14,664 bases of DNA from IMG/VR virus record IMGVR_UViG_2703718798_000012, positions 1 through 14,664 of that record, one strand, 5' to 3'. The position numbers and the translations under genes are program-made. Each line of letters begins with the position of its first letter. The stretch's first letter is position 1. Source of the stretch: a virus. Its lineage: Duplodnaviria > Heunggongvirae > Uroviricota > Caudoviricetes. This document shows, in pieces, positions 1 through 7,242 of this stretch. Under the pieces are notes generated by a model, which was not told the DNA's origin, ran no database searches, and saw only the letters and a list, made by a program, of their open reading frames with translations.

Positions 1-180
1 GTAACAACCGAACTGATAGTCTGCCAGCCCCGCCATAACAAGCTGGGTCAGTATTAACTGGCAGCGTTCACGTGAAAGGTACGTATTCTGCGCAATCTCC
101 CCGACTGTCGCCGGTTCGGTGACGCTTAATTCATTAAACACCACTCTGGCGGTTTCTGTCATATCCTGCTGTTTCAGCAT
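1..180 (-). CDS. Hypothetical protein, partial (N-terminal 60 codons; continues beyond window start)
   Basis: Reverse complement of 1..180 is open for 60 codons from ATG at 180..178 (MLKQQDMTETARVVFNELSVTEPATVGEIAQNTYLSRERCQLILTQLVMAGLADYQFGCY). Purine-rich GGGAA stretch just upstream. Not in the ORF track because it is unterminated. Confidence 0.4.
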   Translation of the reverse strand, partial: MLKQQDMTETARVVFNELSVTEPATVGEIAQNTYLSRERCQLILTQLVMAGLADYQFGCY

Positions 181-302
181 GTCTTTTTCCCTTTTCCGGT
201 TAACGTGACACACCAATAACTCTTGTCGAAAAAGCCAGCAAGCTGAAAGACCGGTATTCACCGCCACCAGCGCGTTTACTGTACTGGCGTGATTTCAGTC
301 AT

Positions 303-324
303 AAAAAAACCCGCTCGCGGCGGG
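303..324 (-). terminator. Rho-independent terminator downstream of Q gene (tR'-like candidate)
   Basis: Hairpin 310..324 (CCCGC / GCGGG, 5-nt loop) flanked on plus strand by a 7-A run 303..309, which is a 7-U tract after the hairpin on the minus-strand transcript. Lies about 70 nt after the Q stop. Confidence 0.5.
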
Positions 325-395
325 TTTAAGCTGTGTGGCGAAGTAACCACTCTTAACATACTGACATACTTTTTGCGGACCGCACTAATCATTTT

Positions 396-776
396 TTACT
401 TTTTTAGCAGCCAGTCGTCCATCTCCAGTCTTACCCCCAGCACAGACAAACATCCGTCAATAAACCCTTCGGCTATCTGCATCTCAATTCGTATTGCTTT
501 TTCGCTTTTCTTTCTCGTCCTGGCTATCTGTCTTTTTGATATTCGCAACAAATAATGAGCAATGAGAAGCGAATACTCCTCAGGTTTTTTCTGCTTCAGA
601 CGAGCAAGACAGTTTTCAATGATAAGTCCGTCATCATCGCAGCAGGCCGGACGTGGTTTAGTGGCAGATGGTAAAAGTCCTTTGAATCCGGCAGCGATCG
701 GAGAATAGTCCACCCCGGTGTTACCACTTGCCGCCCATGCCCCCCAGCGTTCAAGAACCATCTGAATATCACGCAT
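396..776 (-). CDS. quuD: Late-gene antitermination protein Q (QuuD/YbcQ-type)
   Basis: 126 aa from ATG 776..774 with GGAG 7 nt upstream (ORF track starts 5 codons earlier at a TTG). N-terminus MRDIQMVLERWGAWAA, CCDDD and IRLEMD motifs match my recollection of the E. coli DLP12 Q homolog family; recall, not a search. Confidence 0.75.
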   Translation of the reverse strand: MRDIQMVLERWGAWAASGNTGVDYSPIAAGFKGLLPSATKPRPACCDDDGLIIENCLARLKQKKPEEYSLLIAHYLLRISKRQIARTRKKSEKAIRIEMQIAEGFIDGCLSVLGVRLEMDDWLLKK

Positions 777-793
777 CAACTTTCTCCACAAAA

Positions 794-1789
794 TCAGGAC
801 AGCACACCAATCGCCAGTGCGCGATCGATAAAACGAAATATCAGCTCCAGTTGGGAACCATACTTCTCTTCAAATGCCACAGTATCCGCATGCAGTTCGT
901 CGTGGTGTTTTCTGCACAAAGGCAGCACAAAAAGGTCATGCGCTTTTGTCCCCATACCACCCTGACCGTGACCAATCAGATGATGCGGATCATCGGCTGG
1001 CTTTCCACAACACGCGCACGGCTGCGTCTTAACCCAGCGAGTGTACTTTTCATTAACCCAGCGACGACGTTTCGGGCGTAACATAAAAGACTCCGGCGAC
1101 TCCGGATCCACTTTCAGCGCCAGCACCTTTTTCGCTTTATCCCGGATGATGCTGGTGGCGGGAACCGAAGGCACAAGGTCACTTTCCCGGGTGACAGACG
1201 GCACAACAGGCTTCGGTAATCTCAGTGCCTTACGGGCTGCACTTTCCGGTAAGGCATCCGCCAGGTCATTACGAACCAGCCACCAGCACAGTTCCGGCAT
1301 TGTCACAACGTGACTGTCATCAAAACCAAGATCACGGCGCACAACAGACAACACCCAGCGGGCACAGTTATCCGTTGCCATTGCTTCCAGCCGTTCCGTG
1401 AACTGGTCACGGAGAAGATTGTCACAGTGCCAGCACAGACGGATTGCACCCGGCGCGAGCCGCATTGTGGTCATGTTCTCGCTGTGCCATCCGGAATGAG
1501 GCCACTGACAGCCCTTTTCACGAAGTAACCAGCTTTCAAGACATTCCACCCCACCAGCACGACGAATAACTGCCTCATTGCGGAACACGGCCCGCACAGC
1601 AGGATCATCCGCTAACGGTTGTGATGCCGCCGGAACGGCACCACTGGCAAAAGATGAATAACGTTCCGGCTCAGGCTCCAGCAGGACACGCCCCTGCATA
1701 AACAGGGGCATCAGCTCTGAGCCTGGTCTGAACAGTACGATCCCCATTCGCGGGGCAATTTCAGGAGTCAACAGTGCTCTCACGGTCAC
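794..1789 (-). CDS. Phage nin-region protein with C-terminal CxxC...HH...CxxHH motif (HNH/zinc-finger-like; recalled as DUF968/YdfU-like)
   Basis: 331-codon ORF. C-terminal segment WVKTQPCACCGKPADDPHHLIGHGQGG...LPLCRKHHDELHAD has paired Cys and His typical of HNH-type zinc motifs. Start uncertain: GTG at 1789 or GTG at 1783 with GAGG upstream; the first ATG (1747) lacks an SD. Family assignment is from memory. Confidence 0.6.
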   Translation of the reverse strand: MTVRALLTPEIAPRMGIVLFRPGSELMPLFMQGRVLLEPEPERYSSFASGAVPAASQPLADDPAVRAVFRNEAVIRRAGGVECLESWLLREKGCQWPHSGWHSENMTTMRLAPGAIRLCWHCDNLLRDQFTERLEAMATDNCARWVLSVVRRDLGFDDSHVVTMPELCWWLVRNDLADALPESAARKALRLPKPVVPSVTRESDLVPSVPATSIIRDKAKKVLALKVDPESPESFMLRPKRRRWVNEKYTRWVKTQPCACCGKPADDPHHLIGHGQGGMGTKAHDLFVLPLCRKHHDELHADTVAFEEKYGSQLELIFRFIDRALAIGVLS

Positions 1790-1834
1790 CTCAGCGAACG
1801 ATATTGCATGAACACAGGAGAAAAAATTCAGCCA

Positions 1835-2005
1835 TCACGCAGTAAACTCCTTCACCAGCGTTTCAAACTGGCTTACCTTGCCTTCCAGTTCCGCCACGCA
1901 ATCCACCAGCTCATCCACTGCCTTTTGTGTGCGGTGTTTTGCCTGCAGCAGATCACGAAGCGCCGGAGTAAGCTGCTTGCGGAGCGTATCCTTTGCCACG
2001 CTCAT
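1835..2005 (-). CDS. Small hypothetical protein (56 aa from ATG; 63 aa if GTG at 2026)
   Basis: ORF track 1835..2026. ATG at 2005 has a weak RBS; the upstream GTG at 2026 has AGGAG 10 nt upstream. Charged, helix-prone sequence; no recognisable domain. Confidence 0.4.
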   Translation of the reverse strand: MSVAKDTLRKQLTPALRDLLQAKHRTQKAVDELVDCVAELEGKVSQFETLVKEFTA

Positions 2006-2089
2006 TTTTTTCCATCTGTTCAGCACAACGAAGCATCTCCTGCGCCTGGCGACGAAGTTGTTCCGGTGAAACAGTGGCTGTTCTGTTAT

Positions 2090-3490
2090 TCAAAATAAAC
2101 GCTCCGCTTTACTGCCCGACATGCGGTTATTGCTGTATCTGCGCGGATTGCCCGGCGTCATGGGTGTGGAAAGAACCCGGGCACTCTCCTGGTCCACAGG
2201 CAGAAAATGCCCGTTATGAAAACGCCGGTAAATGGTACCCTGCGTGCCATTACGCTGTTTCGTGATGTTGATTTCTGCTATGCCTCTCGCCTGTGTCTCC
2301 GGGTTGTACACCTCATCCCTGTAAAGCATCAGAATGATGTCTGCATCCGCCTCTATTTCCCCGGAGTTTTTCAGGTCCGAGTTCATGGGGCGTTTATTGG
2401 GTCTGGATTCCACACCGCGGGAGAGCTGGCTCAGCGCTATCAGCGGGAAACCGCCGGATTTTGCCAGGCTTTTAAGTCCCTTTGAGATTTCCCCCACAGC
2501 AAGGTCGTGACGCCCCGTACTACGGGTTTTAATCAGGCCGAGGTAATCGACCACCACCAGCGCCGTTTCCGGGTGTTTCATCCGGTGGTGCCTCGTGGTT
2601 GCACATATCTCATCAATGGTCAGGTTTGCCTGGTCCACCATCCAGATATGACGCCCCGTCATTCGTCCCACGCCCTGTGAGAAACGCGCCCAGTCTTCAT
2701 CTTCAAAACGGGCAACAGACTTAAGACGGGATACCGGCATTCCCCCGGCAGCAGACACCATACGTTCACCAATCTGGATGTTCGCCATCTCCATGGTGAA
2801 CAGAAGCACGCCATGCCCCTGCTCAGTCACCTTGTCGATGATATCCAGCGCAAGTTCGGTTTTCCCCATCGAAGGACGAGCCGCAATGAATACCAGGTCG
2901 CCTGGCTCCATACCGCCCGTTTTTGCGTCCAGTTCATCAATACCGGTCATCAGTGCCCTGGATTTCTCCAGTCCCTGATTGCGGCATTCAACACGGTCGA
3001 CCACTTCCGGAAGGACATCATCAATGTGAACCGGCTGAATGACGCCCTTTCCGGTCGACAGTGAGGTCATCATGTTCTGCGCATCCTTCAGGGCATCCTC
3101 AGCTGCTTCACAGGTATGCGCATCACGTAAATTCTGTAATGCTTCGGTCAGTGTTTTTTCTGCATCGCGCAGTGCGGCATTGCGCCGCAGCGCTGCAACA
3201 TAGTGCTCCAGTGAAGACTTCGCCCAGGTTTTGCGTCCGGTGTCGGTAATCACCGGGGCAAGTTCCGGCATCTCATTGCACAGCAGTACGGGGTCAATGA
3301 CGCCGGATACACGGGCCTGTCTGCAAATTCCCGCGTAAATATCCCTGTACTGACGCACGAAAAAGACATCCGCCGGAAGTGTGGCCAGAATATCCATCAC
3401 TTCCGGATCAGCCCCACGCAGAAAAAACGCGCCAATGACAGCTCCTTCCAGGTCATCATTACGCCACGCCGGATTTGTCGGGTTTGTCAT
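2090..3490 (-). CDS. Replicative DNA helicase, DnaB family
   Basis: 466 aa from ATG 3490..3488, overlapping the upstream stop as ATGA. Walker A-like ARPSMGKTELALDI, and overall length and layout typical of DnaB-type helicases (e.g. phage P22 gene 12 class). Confidence 0.85.
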   Translation of the reverse strand: MTNPTNPAWRNDDLEGAVIGAFFLRGADPEVMDILATLPADVFFVRQYRDIYAGICRQARVSGVIDPVLLCNEMPELAPVITDTGRKTWAKSSLEHYVAALRRNAALRDAEKTLTEALQNLRDAHTCEAAEDALKDAQNMMTSLSTGKGVIQPVHIDDVLPEVVDRVECRNQGLEKSRALMTGIDELDAKTGGMEPGDLVFIAARPSMGKTELALDIIDKVTEQGHGVLLFTMEMANIQIGERMVSAAGGMPVSRLKSVARFEDEDWARFSQGVGRMTGRHIWMVDQANLTIDEICATTRHHRMKHPETALVVVDYLGLIKTRSTGRHDLAVGEISKGLKSLAKSGGFPLIALSQLSRGVESRPNKRPMNSDLKNSGEIEADADIILMLYRDEVYNPETQARGIAEINITKQRNGTQGTIYRRFHNGHFLPVDQESARVLSTPMTPGNPRRYSNNRMSGSKAERLF

Positions 3491-4377
3491 GCTGCCACAC
3501 CTCTGATATGCGCACGGTAGCTTTCCCAACCAAACACCAGGCAGTTACGCCCACCATCAGTAACGCGATCCACAATCCGTTCACCAATGGATTCCTTAAG
3601 CTGTTCAAACGTCAGGTTGCTGATCAAAATTGTCGGTAAAACGCTTTCGTAACGCGCATTTATGATTTCCTGCAGGATGGTTATCTCTGTAGGCGTGCCG
3701 AACTGCACACCAACCTCATCGATGATAAGCAGATCCAGCGATGCAAAATGATTAATCACTTCATCGTCAGTGCGCTCAGAGTTGTGGCGCCAGGTATTTT
3801 TCACCGCACGGGTAAGCCGCATCACATCCGTGATTTCTATGGTTGCCTGGTGGTGGCGAATAATATTTTTTGCCATTGATACAGCCAGGTGATTTTTCCC
3901 GGTACCACAATTGCCAATCATGACCATGCTGGTGCCTGCAGCGAGACATTTCTTCCAGGAAGCGGCATAGCGCTGACAGGCTTCAAGGTTTTTCTGTGCG
4001 TCAGTATTCACCGCCTGATAATTCTCAAACTCACAGTCCTGGAACCGGCGGGCAATACCGGCCTGATCGAGTAATTCACGAACCTTCAGGGCGCGTAATT
4101 CGTCATACACGCGGTCCAGCTCCTCACTGAGGCAGGACAGGCAACCGGACACCCGTTTGACAGCTTTCCCCCTTACATCCGGGCCCGTCAGCACATAGCG
4201 CGTGTATTTTCCGTGTTTCCCGCAGGACACCGTCTCAGTGCTTTGCACCCAATGCTCACAGCGCCACGGACGCTTTCCGCCACGGACAAATGCCAGCTCC
4301 TCTTCCAGGTCTGCCTTGCGGTTAAGTAACTGCGCTTTGTCGTGTTGCATGTGTTGTTTGTTCAGGAAATTAGTCAT
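3487..4377 (-). CDS. DnaC-like helicase loader (IstB-like AAA+ ATPase)
   Basis: 296 aa from the first ATG after the O stop (4377), with GGGAGG 6 nt upstream. Walker A GNCGTGKNHLA and Walker B LLIIDEVG. Confidence 0.8.
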   Translation of the reverse strand: MTNFLNKQHMQHDKAQLLNRKADLEEELAFVRGGKRPWRCEHWVQSTETVSCGKHGKYTRYVLTGPDVRGKAVKRVSGCLSCLSEELDRVYDELRALKVRELLDQAGIARRFQDCEFENYQAVNTDAQKNLEACQRYAASWKKCLAAGTSMVMIGNCGTGKNHLAVSMAKNIIRHHQATIEITDVMRLTRAVKNTWRHNSERTDDEVINHFASLDLLIIDEVGVQFGTPTEITILQEIINARYESVLPTILISNLTFEQLKESIGERIVDRVTDGGRNCLVFGWESYRAHIRGVAA

Positions 4378-4396
4378 TTTCACCCTCCCCACAAAA

Positions 4397-5308
4397 TCAC
4401 CAGTTGAAGTTCGTTGAGCCGTAGTCCTGTTCACTGAATCCCGAGATCGGGAGGCTTTTGCCCCGCCCACCTCCGGGGGCTGCTGGCTGTTGCCAGGATT
4501 CCTCGAAATGACGATCGGGTCCAAAGAACGTCGACGCCTGCTTCACGAACTGGGTACCGGTATTTCCAGAGACACGCACCCAGGCGGCATAGCGTTTCAC
4601 ACCGTTGAGCATGGTTTCGGGTGTCACACCTTCCCTGATTCGGGCTTTCCAGGCTTTGAAGGCTGCTGACTTGGAATTACCACCAGCACGTTTGGGATAT
4701 TCCTGCCAGGCCTGTTCAAATTCCGGTGAATATTCCTGTCTGGCAGAACGCGCTGGTGCAGACGCGTCAGCGGATGCGCCAATATCTTGCGGTTCATGTT
4801 TTGAATTTACTGGTGGTTCATGTTTTAAACCTTGTGGATCTGGGGTCAGATTCTGAAGGGTCAAACGCGTATTTTTGCCAGAATCTGAAGGGTCAAACAC
4901 ACCTGAACATACAGATTCTGACGGTTCAGATTTTGAAGGTTCAGAATCTGAAGGGTCACGTAATCCTGAAAGTCTGCGCTGCTGTTTCAGTTCTGCAACC
5001 TTATCCCGCTCAGTTCTGGCAAGCAGCTCAAGCCGATCAGCATTCAGATGATAAAGATTGGACGTATTACGGTTACCTTTGCGGCGTGACTGACGCGTCA
5101 GCCAGCCATCAGCCTCCAGTTCGGAGATTGCCGTTCTGACTGTACTTTCTCCCAACCCAAGCTGTCGGCATATGGTTTCAACACCTGGGTAGCACACCCC
5201 GTCATCATTCGAATAATCCGCCAAGCGCGCCATAATCATCAGTTTTGCACCTTTGATGCCATATGCTGCACATGCATCCCAGACATTACCTAGGATTTTG
5301 CTACTCAT
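4397..5308 (-). CDS. Replication initiator, O-like (N-terminal winged-helix-like domain, repeat-rich linker carrying origin iterons)
   Basis: 303 aa, GGGAGG 6 nt upstream of ATG 5308. Central DPSDSEPSKSEPSE-type peptide repeats are encoded by DNA direct repeats, the arrangement seen in lambda O/ori. Specific family not resolved. Confidence 0.65.
   Translation of the reverse strand: MSSKILGNVWDACAAYGIKGAKLMIMARLADYSNDDGVCYPGVETICRQLGLGESTVRTAISELEADGWLTRQSRRKGNRNTSNLYHLNADRLELLARTERDKVAELKQQRRLSGLRDPSDSEPSKSEPSESVCSGVFDPSDSGKNTRLTLQNLTPDPQGLKHEPPVNSKHEPQDIGASADASAPARSARQEYSPEFEQAWQEYPKRAGGNSKSAAFKAWKARIREGVTPETMLNGVKRYAAWVRVSGNTGTQFVKQASTFFGPDRHFEESWQQPAAPGGGRGKSLPISGFSEQDYGSTNFNW
4846..4960. 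repeat. Origin-like iteron array inside the O-like gene, with adjacent AT-rich segment and a second 12-bp direct repeat (4791..4826)
   Basis: About five copies of TCAGAWTCTGAAGGGTCA-like 18-20-mers (4846..4866, 4878..4898, 4912..4930, 4925..4945, 4941..4960). GGTTCATGTTTT repeated at 4791..4802 and 4815..4826 in an AT-rich stretch 4781..4830. Confidence 0.7.
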
Positions 5309-5529
5309 ACGGCACCTCCCAGACGCTTAAACATTTTTCCGGACTGAAACGCCACCAGCGGATAACTCAGGGTATGAGTACGTCCCTGAACCTGGCAGAC
5401 AACCTTCTGGCTTTCTATATTGACCAGGCAAACCCGCAGAACGTGTCCGTTGCTGGTGGTGAACCACTGCCCCACACGGGGGCAATGGTTGTATCGGTGA
5501 TACAGGAAATTAACGATGTGGCGGATCAT
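5305..5529 (-). CDS. Hypothetical small protein (74 aa), translationally coupled between rha3 and the O-like gene
   Basis: ATG overlaps the upstream stop as ATGA, and its own stop overlaps the O-like ATG as ATGA. No recognisable domain; occupies roughly the cII position. Confidence 0.4.
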   Translation of the reverse strand: MIRHIVNFLYHRYNHCPRVGQWFTTSNGHVLRVCLVNIESQKVVCQVQGRTHTLSYPLVAFQSGKMFKRLGGAV

Positions 5530-6089
5530 GGACGCACCTCCTTGTCAGAACCATTCAGCCTGGAATCAACAAGTGCAGCACCAAAAACAGCATCACCTAC
5601 ACGGTCGTACAGTTTGCTGGCCAGCGGAGATTCAACAGCCTTAAGCATTGGATAAAGCTGGCTTGTCCAGATTTGATGGATTTCACGCAAATGCAGGTAT
5701 ACGCCTCTGGCGTTTCGTGCGACAGCTGACATATCAGACGCATCGGCACCTGATAAACTCTTCTCCATCTGGTTAAAGGCATTGATGTATGCCTCTTTGA
5801 ACCGGGCAGCACGTTTACCAGTGAAGCCCATAGCAAGAAACGCAAAGCCGTCGCGGGTTATTTGATAGCAAGGAAGTTTGCGAGTACCGCCGTTGGGCTG
5901 GCGTACCAAAATTGATGTCTCCGCAAAATTGCGGGCACAAAACTCTGGAGAACAATCCAAAATGCGGATCTTTTTCAGAACATCGTCATGACGTTTAGAG
6001 AAGAAGTCAGCAACAGCCAAAGAAGATGTAACAGCCTGACCATCAACGATGGCAATTTCAGGTTGAGAGAGGGTTGGGAGAGTAGTCAT
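5526..6089 (-). CDS. Phage regulatory protein, Rha family (third tandem paralog)
   Basis: Conservative start ATG 6089..6087 gives 187 aa beginning MTTLPTLSQPEIAIVDGQAV, with the Rha-type motif FSKRHDDVLKKI and ITRDGFAFLAMGFTG. The frame stays open upstream to ATG 6389 (ORF track 5526..6389) and to a conserved ATG at 6230; true start uncertain. Confidence 0.6.
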   Translation of the reverse strand: MTTLPTLSQPEIAIVDGQAVTSSLAVADFFSKRHDDVLKKIRILDCSPEFCARNFAETSILVRQPNGGTRKLPCYQITRDGFAFLAMGFTGKRAARFKEAYINAFNQMEKSLSGADASDMSAVARNARGVYLHLREIHQIWTSQLYPMLKAVESPLASKLYDRVGDAVFGAALVDSRLNGSDKEVRP

Positions 6090-6162
6090 AGTGACAGCCC
6101 CGGTAGTCAGTTTTTTAGAAAACTCACCACATGGGACGCCAATCACAGAGGTGGTGAGACGT

Positions 6163-6243
6163 ACAGGGTTGGCGTTACCGGAGACTACCGAACCCGGCCC
6201 GACCGAAGTCGGCCCTGTACGCCCCACCATAATTTGGGCGTAG
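6163..6243 (-). promoter_or_regulatory. Conserved structured leader element, copy B, upstream of rha3
   Basis: Shares with copy A the 20-mer ACGCC-N2-AATTATGGTGGG and a 3' AACCCTGT block, and has a perfect hairpin CCGAC-UUCG-GUCGG (6199..6212) at the same offset (10 nt after the 12-mer). Confidence 0.5.
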
Positions 6244-6259
6244 TAATGCTCATGACACG

Positions 6260-6281
6260 AAAAAACCGCATGAGCGCGGTT
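6260..6281 (-). terminator. Terminator-like hairpin plus T-tract inside the rha2-rha3 spacer
   Basis: Minus-strand AACCGC-gctcat-GCGGTT followed by TTTT (6-T run in total), about 25 nt upstream of leader copy B. Confidence 0.4.
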
Positions 6282-6385
6282 ATGCTCAGTAATCAATTTC
6301 AGGACGCCAATCCCGGCACCCGTTTTATAAGGTGCCGGAACAGTGTAACGTCCCGGACTTGCAGAATCAATATGCTGGTGGCGCG

Positions 6386-6748
6386 TCATTGATGCACCTC
6401 CCGTTGATTACGACGGAACACGGAGTGACCCTGGACGGCTTCAGCCTCATGGAATGCTTCAATGCAGCTCTCGTAGTACCGCATGGTGCGCAGACTTAAC
6501 CCAAGCTGTAGCATCATCAGACCATCACGGGTGATGTAATAACCACGCACTGAATCGCCATAGGCGCGATAAGTGCCGGGAATAAAGTTGCGGGTGAGAA
6601 ATTCGCGTGAGCAGTTGAGATATTCGATTCGATCGATGATATTCTTATGCATGCGCTTAAAGTGACAGGCGACATACAGGGAGAATATAACGGCTCTGCC
6701 GTTGACGACCTCGATTTTGAGGTATGGATGTGCGGGGATCGTAGCCAT
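6386..6748 (-). CDS. Phage regulatory protein, Rha family (second tandem paralog)
   Basis: Conservative start ATG 6748..6746 with AGGAGG 9 nt upstream gives 120 aa (MATIPAHPYLKIEVVNGRAV...FKRMHKNIIDRI...ITRDGLMML). The frame stays open upstream to ATG 7240 (ORF track 6386..7240) and to a conserved ATG at 6886. Confidence 0.6.
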   Translation of the reverse strand: MATIPAHPYLKIEVVNGRAVIFSLYVACHFKRMHKNIIDRIEYLNCSREFLTRNFIPGTYRAYGDSVRGYYITRDGLMMLQLGLSLRTMRYYESCIEAFHEAEAVQGHSVFRRNQREVHQ

Positions 6749-6818
6749 TAAGGCAGCCTCCTGTAACAGTGGAACAGTTCCACCACCGGAGGTCTCAATC
6801 TCGCTGGTGGCGGACTGG

Positions 6819-6900
6819 ACAGGGTTGAGACTACCGGCGTTACAGGAAACCGGCGAACCTTTCGGTTCCCCTGCCCAGCCCACCATAATTCTGGCGTGCA
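6819..6900 (-). promoter_or_regulatory. Conserved structured leader element, copy A, upstream of rha2
   Basis: Same 20-mer and 3' block as copy B; perfect hairpin GAACC-GAAA-GGUUC (6855..6868) at the identical offset. Different stem and loop sequence from copy B with pairing preserved. Confidence 0.5.
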
Positions 6901-6910
6901 AGGACGCTGA

Positions 6911-6934
6911 CAACAAAAAAGACGCTGGCGCGTC
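6911..6934 (-). terminator. Terminator-like hairpin plus T-tract inside the rha1-rha2 spacer
   Basis: Minus-strand GACGC-gcca-GCGTC followed by TTTTTTGTTG, about 20 nt upstream of leader copy A. Confidence 0.4.
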
Positions 6935-7242
6935 ATTTGTCGCCTGTAACAATTCCGGGGTCTCACTCCCGATAGTGGATTTTGCCACTATATGTAAAGT
7001 GTGCCGCCGGAATTTAATTTTGTCAACGAGGTTAAATATAGAGTCGCTATGTTGGTGGCGCTTCGCACTCAACAAAATCACGACGAAACAACCACAGCGG
7101 GATGAAGCATTCATGCGGATAACCATCACGCAGGTAAATAACCCGCTGTGTTTCAGACTCCCAGCGTATAACGTGGACGCGACGCCCCCTTCCATCACGG
7201 AACCAGCGATTGAGTACTTGCATGTGTTACCTGTGAGCATAA

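Noticed and set aside
289-1313. Plus-strand ORFs 289..555, 728..1081 and 1041..1313
   Set aside because: They lie antisense to the Q-like and Cys/His-motif genes or in the terminator spacer, lack an RBS, and have low-complexity translations; treated as shadow ORFs.
1808-3249. Plus-strand ORFs overlapping the DnaB-like gene and small ORF (1808..2098, 1878..2069, 1993..2265, 2207..2485, 2778..2978, 2813..3064, 3061..3249)
   Set aside because: All are antisense to well-supported minus-strand genes, with no SDs or recognisable motifs.
4846-4960. CRISPR array or transposon terminal repeats at the repeat cluster
   Set aside because: The repeats are short iterons inside a coding region with irregular spacing and no spacer-like unique units, and no cas or transposase genes are present; the lambda-type ori interpretation fits.
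6855-6868. Lambda-style nut site (boxA + boxB) assignment for the leader hairpins
   Set aside because: The 5-bp stem with GNRA-like loop is boxB-like in copy A, but I could not find a convincing boxA (CGCTCTTTA-like) and no N-like protein is evident; kept only as one hypothesis in the findings.
6819-6900. Sigma54-type or sigma70 promoter inside the conserved leader element
   Set aside because: TTGCAC in copy A resembles a -24/-35 box, but no correctly spaced -12/-10 partner exists and the hexamer is not conserved in copy B.
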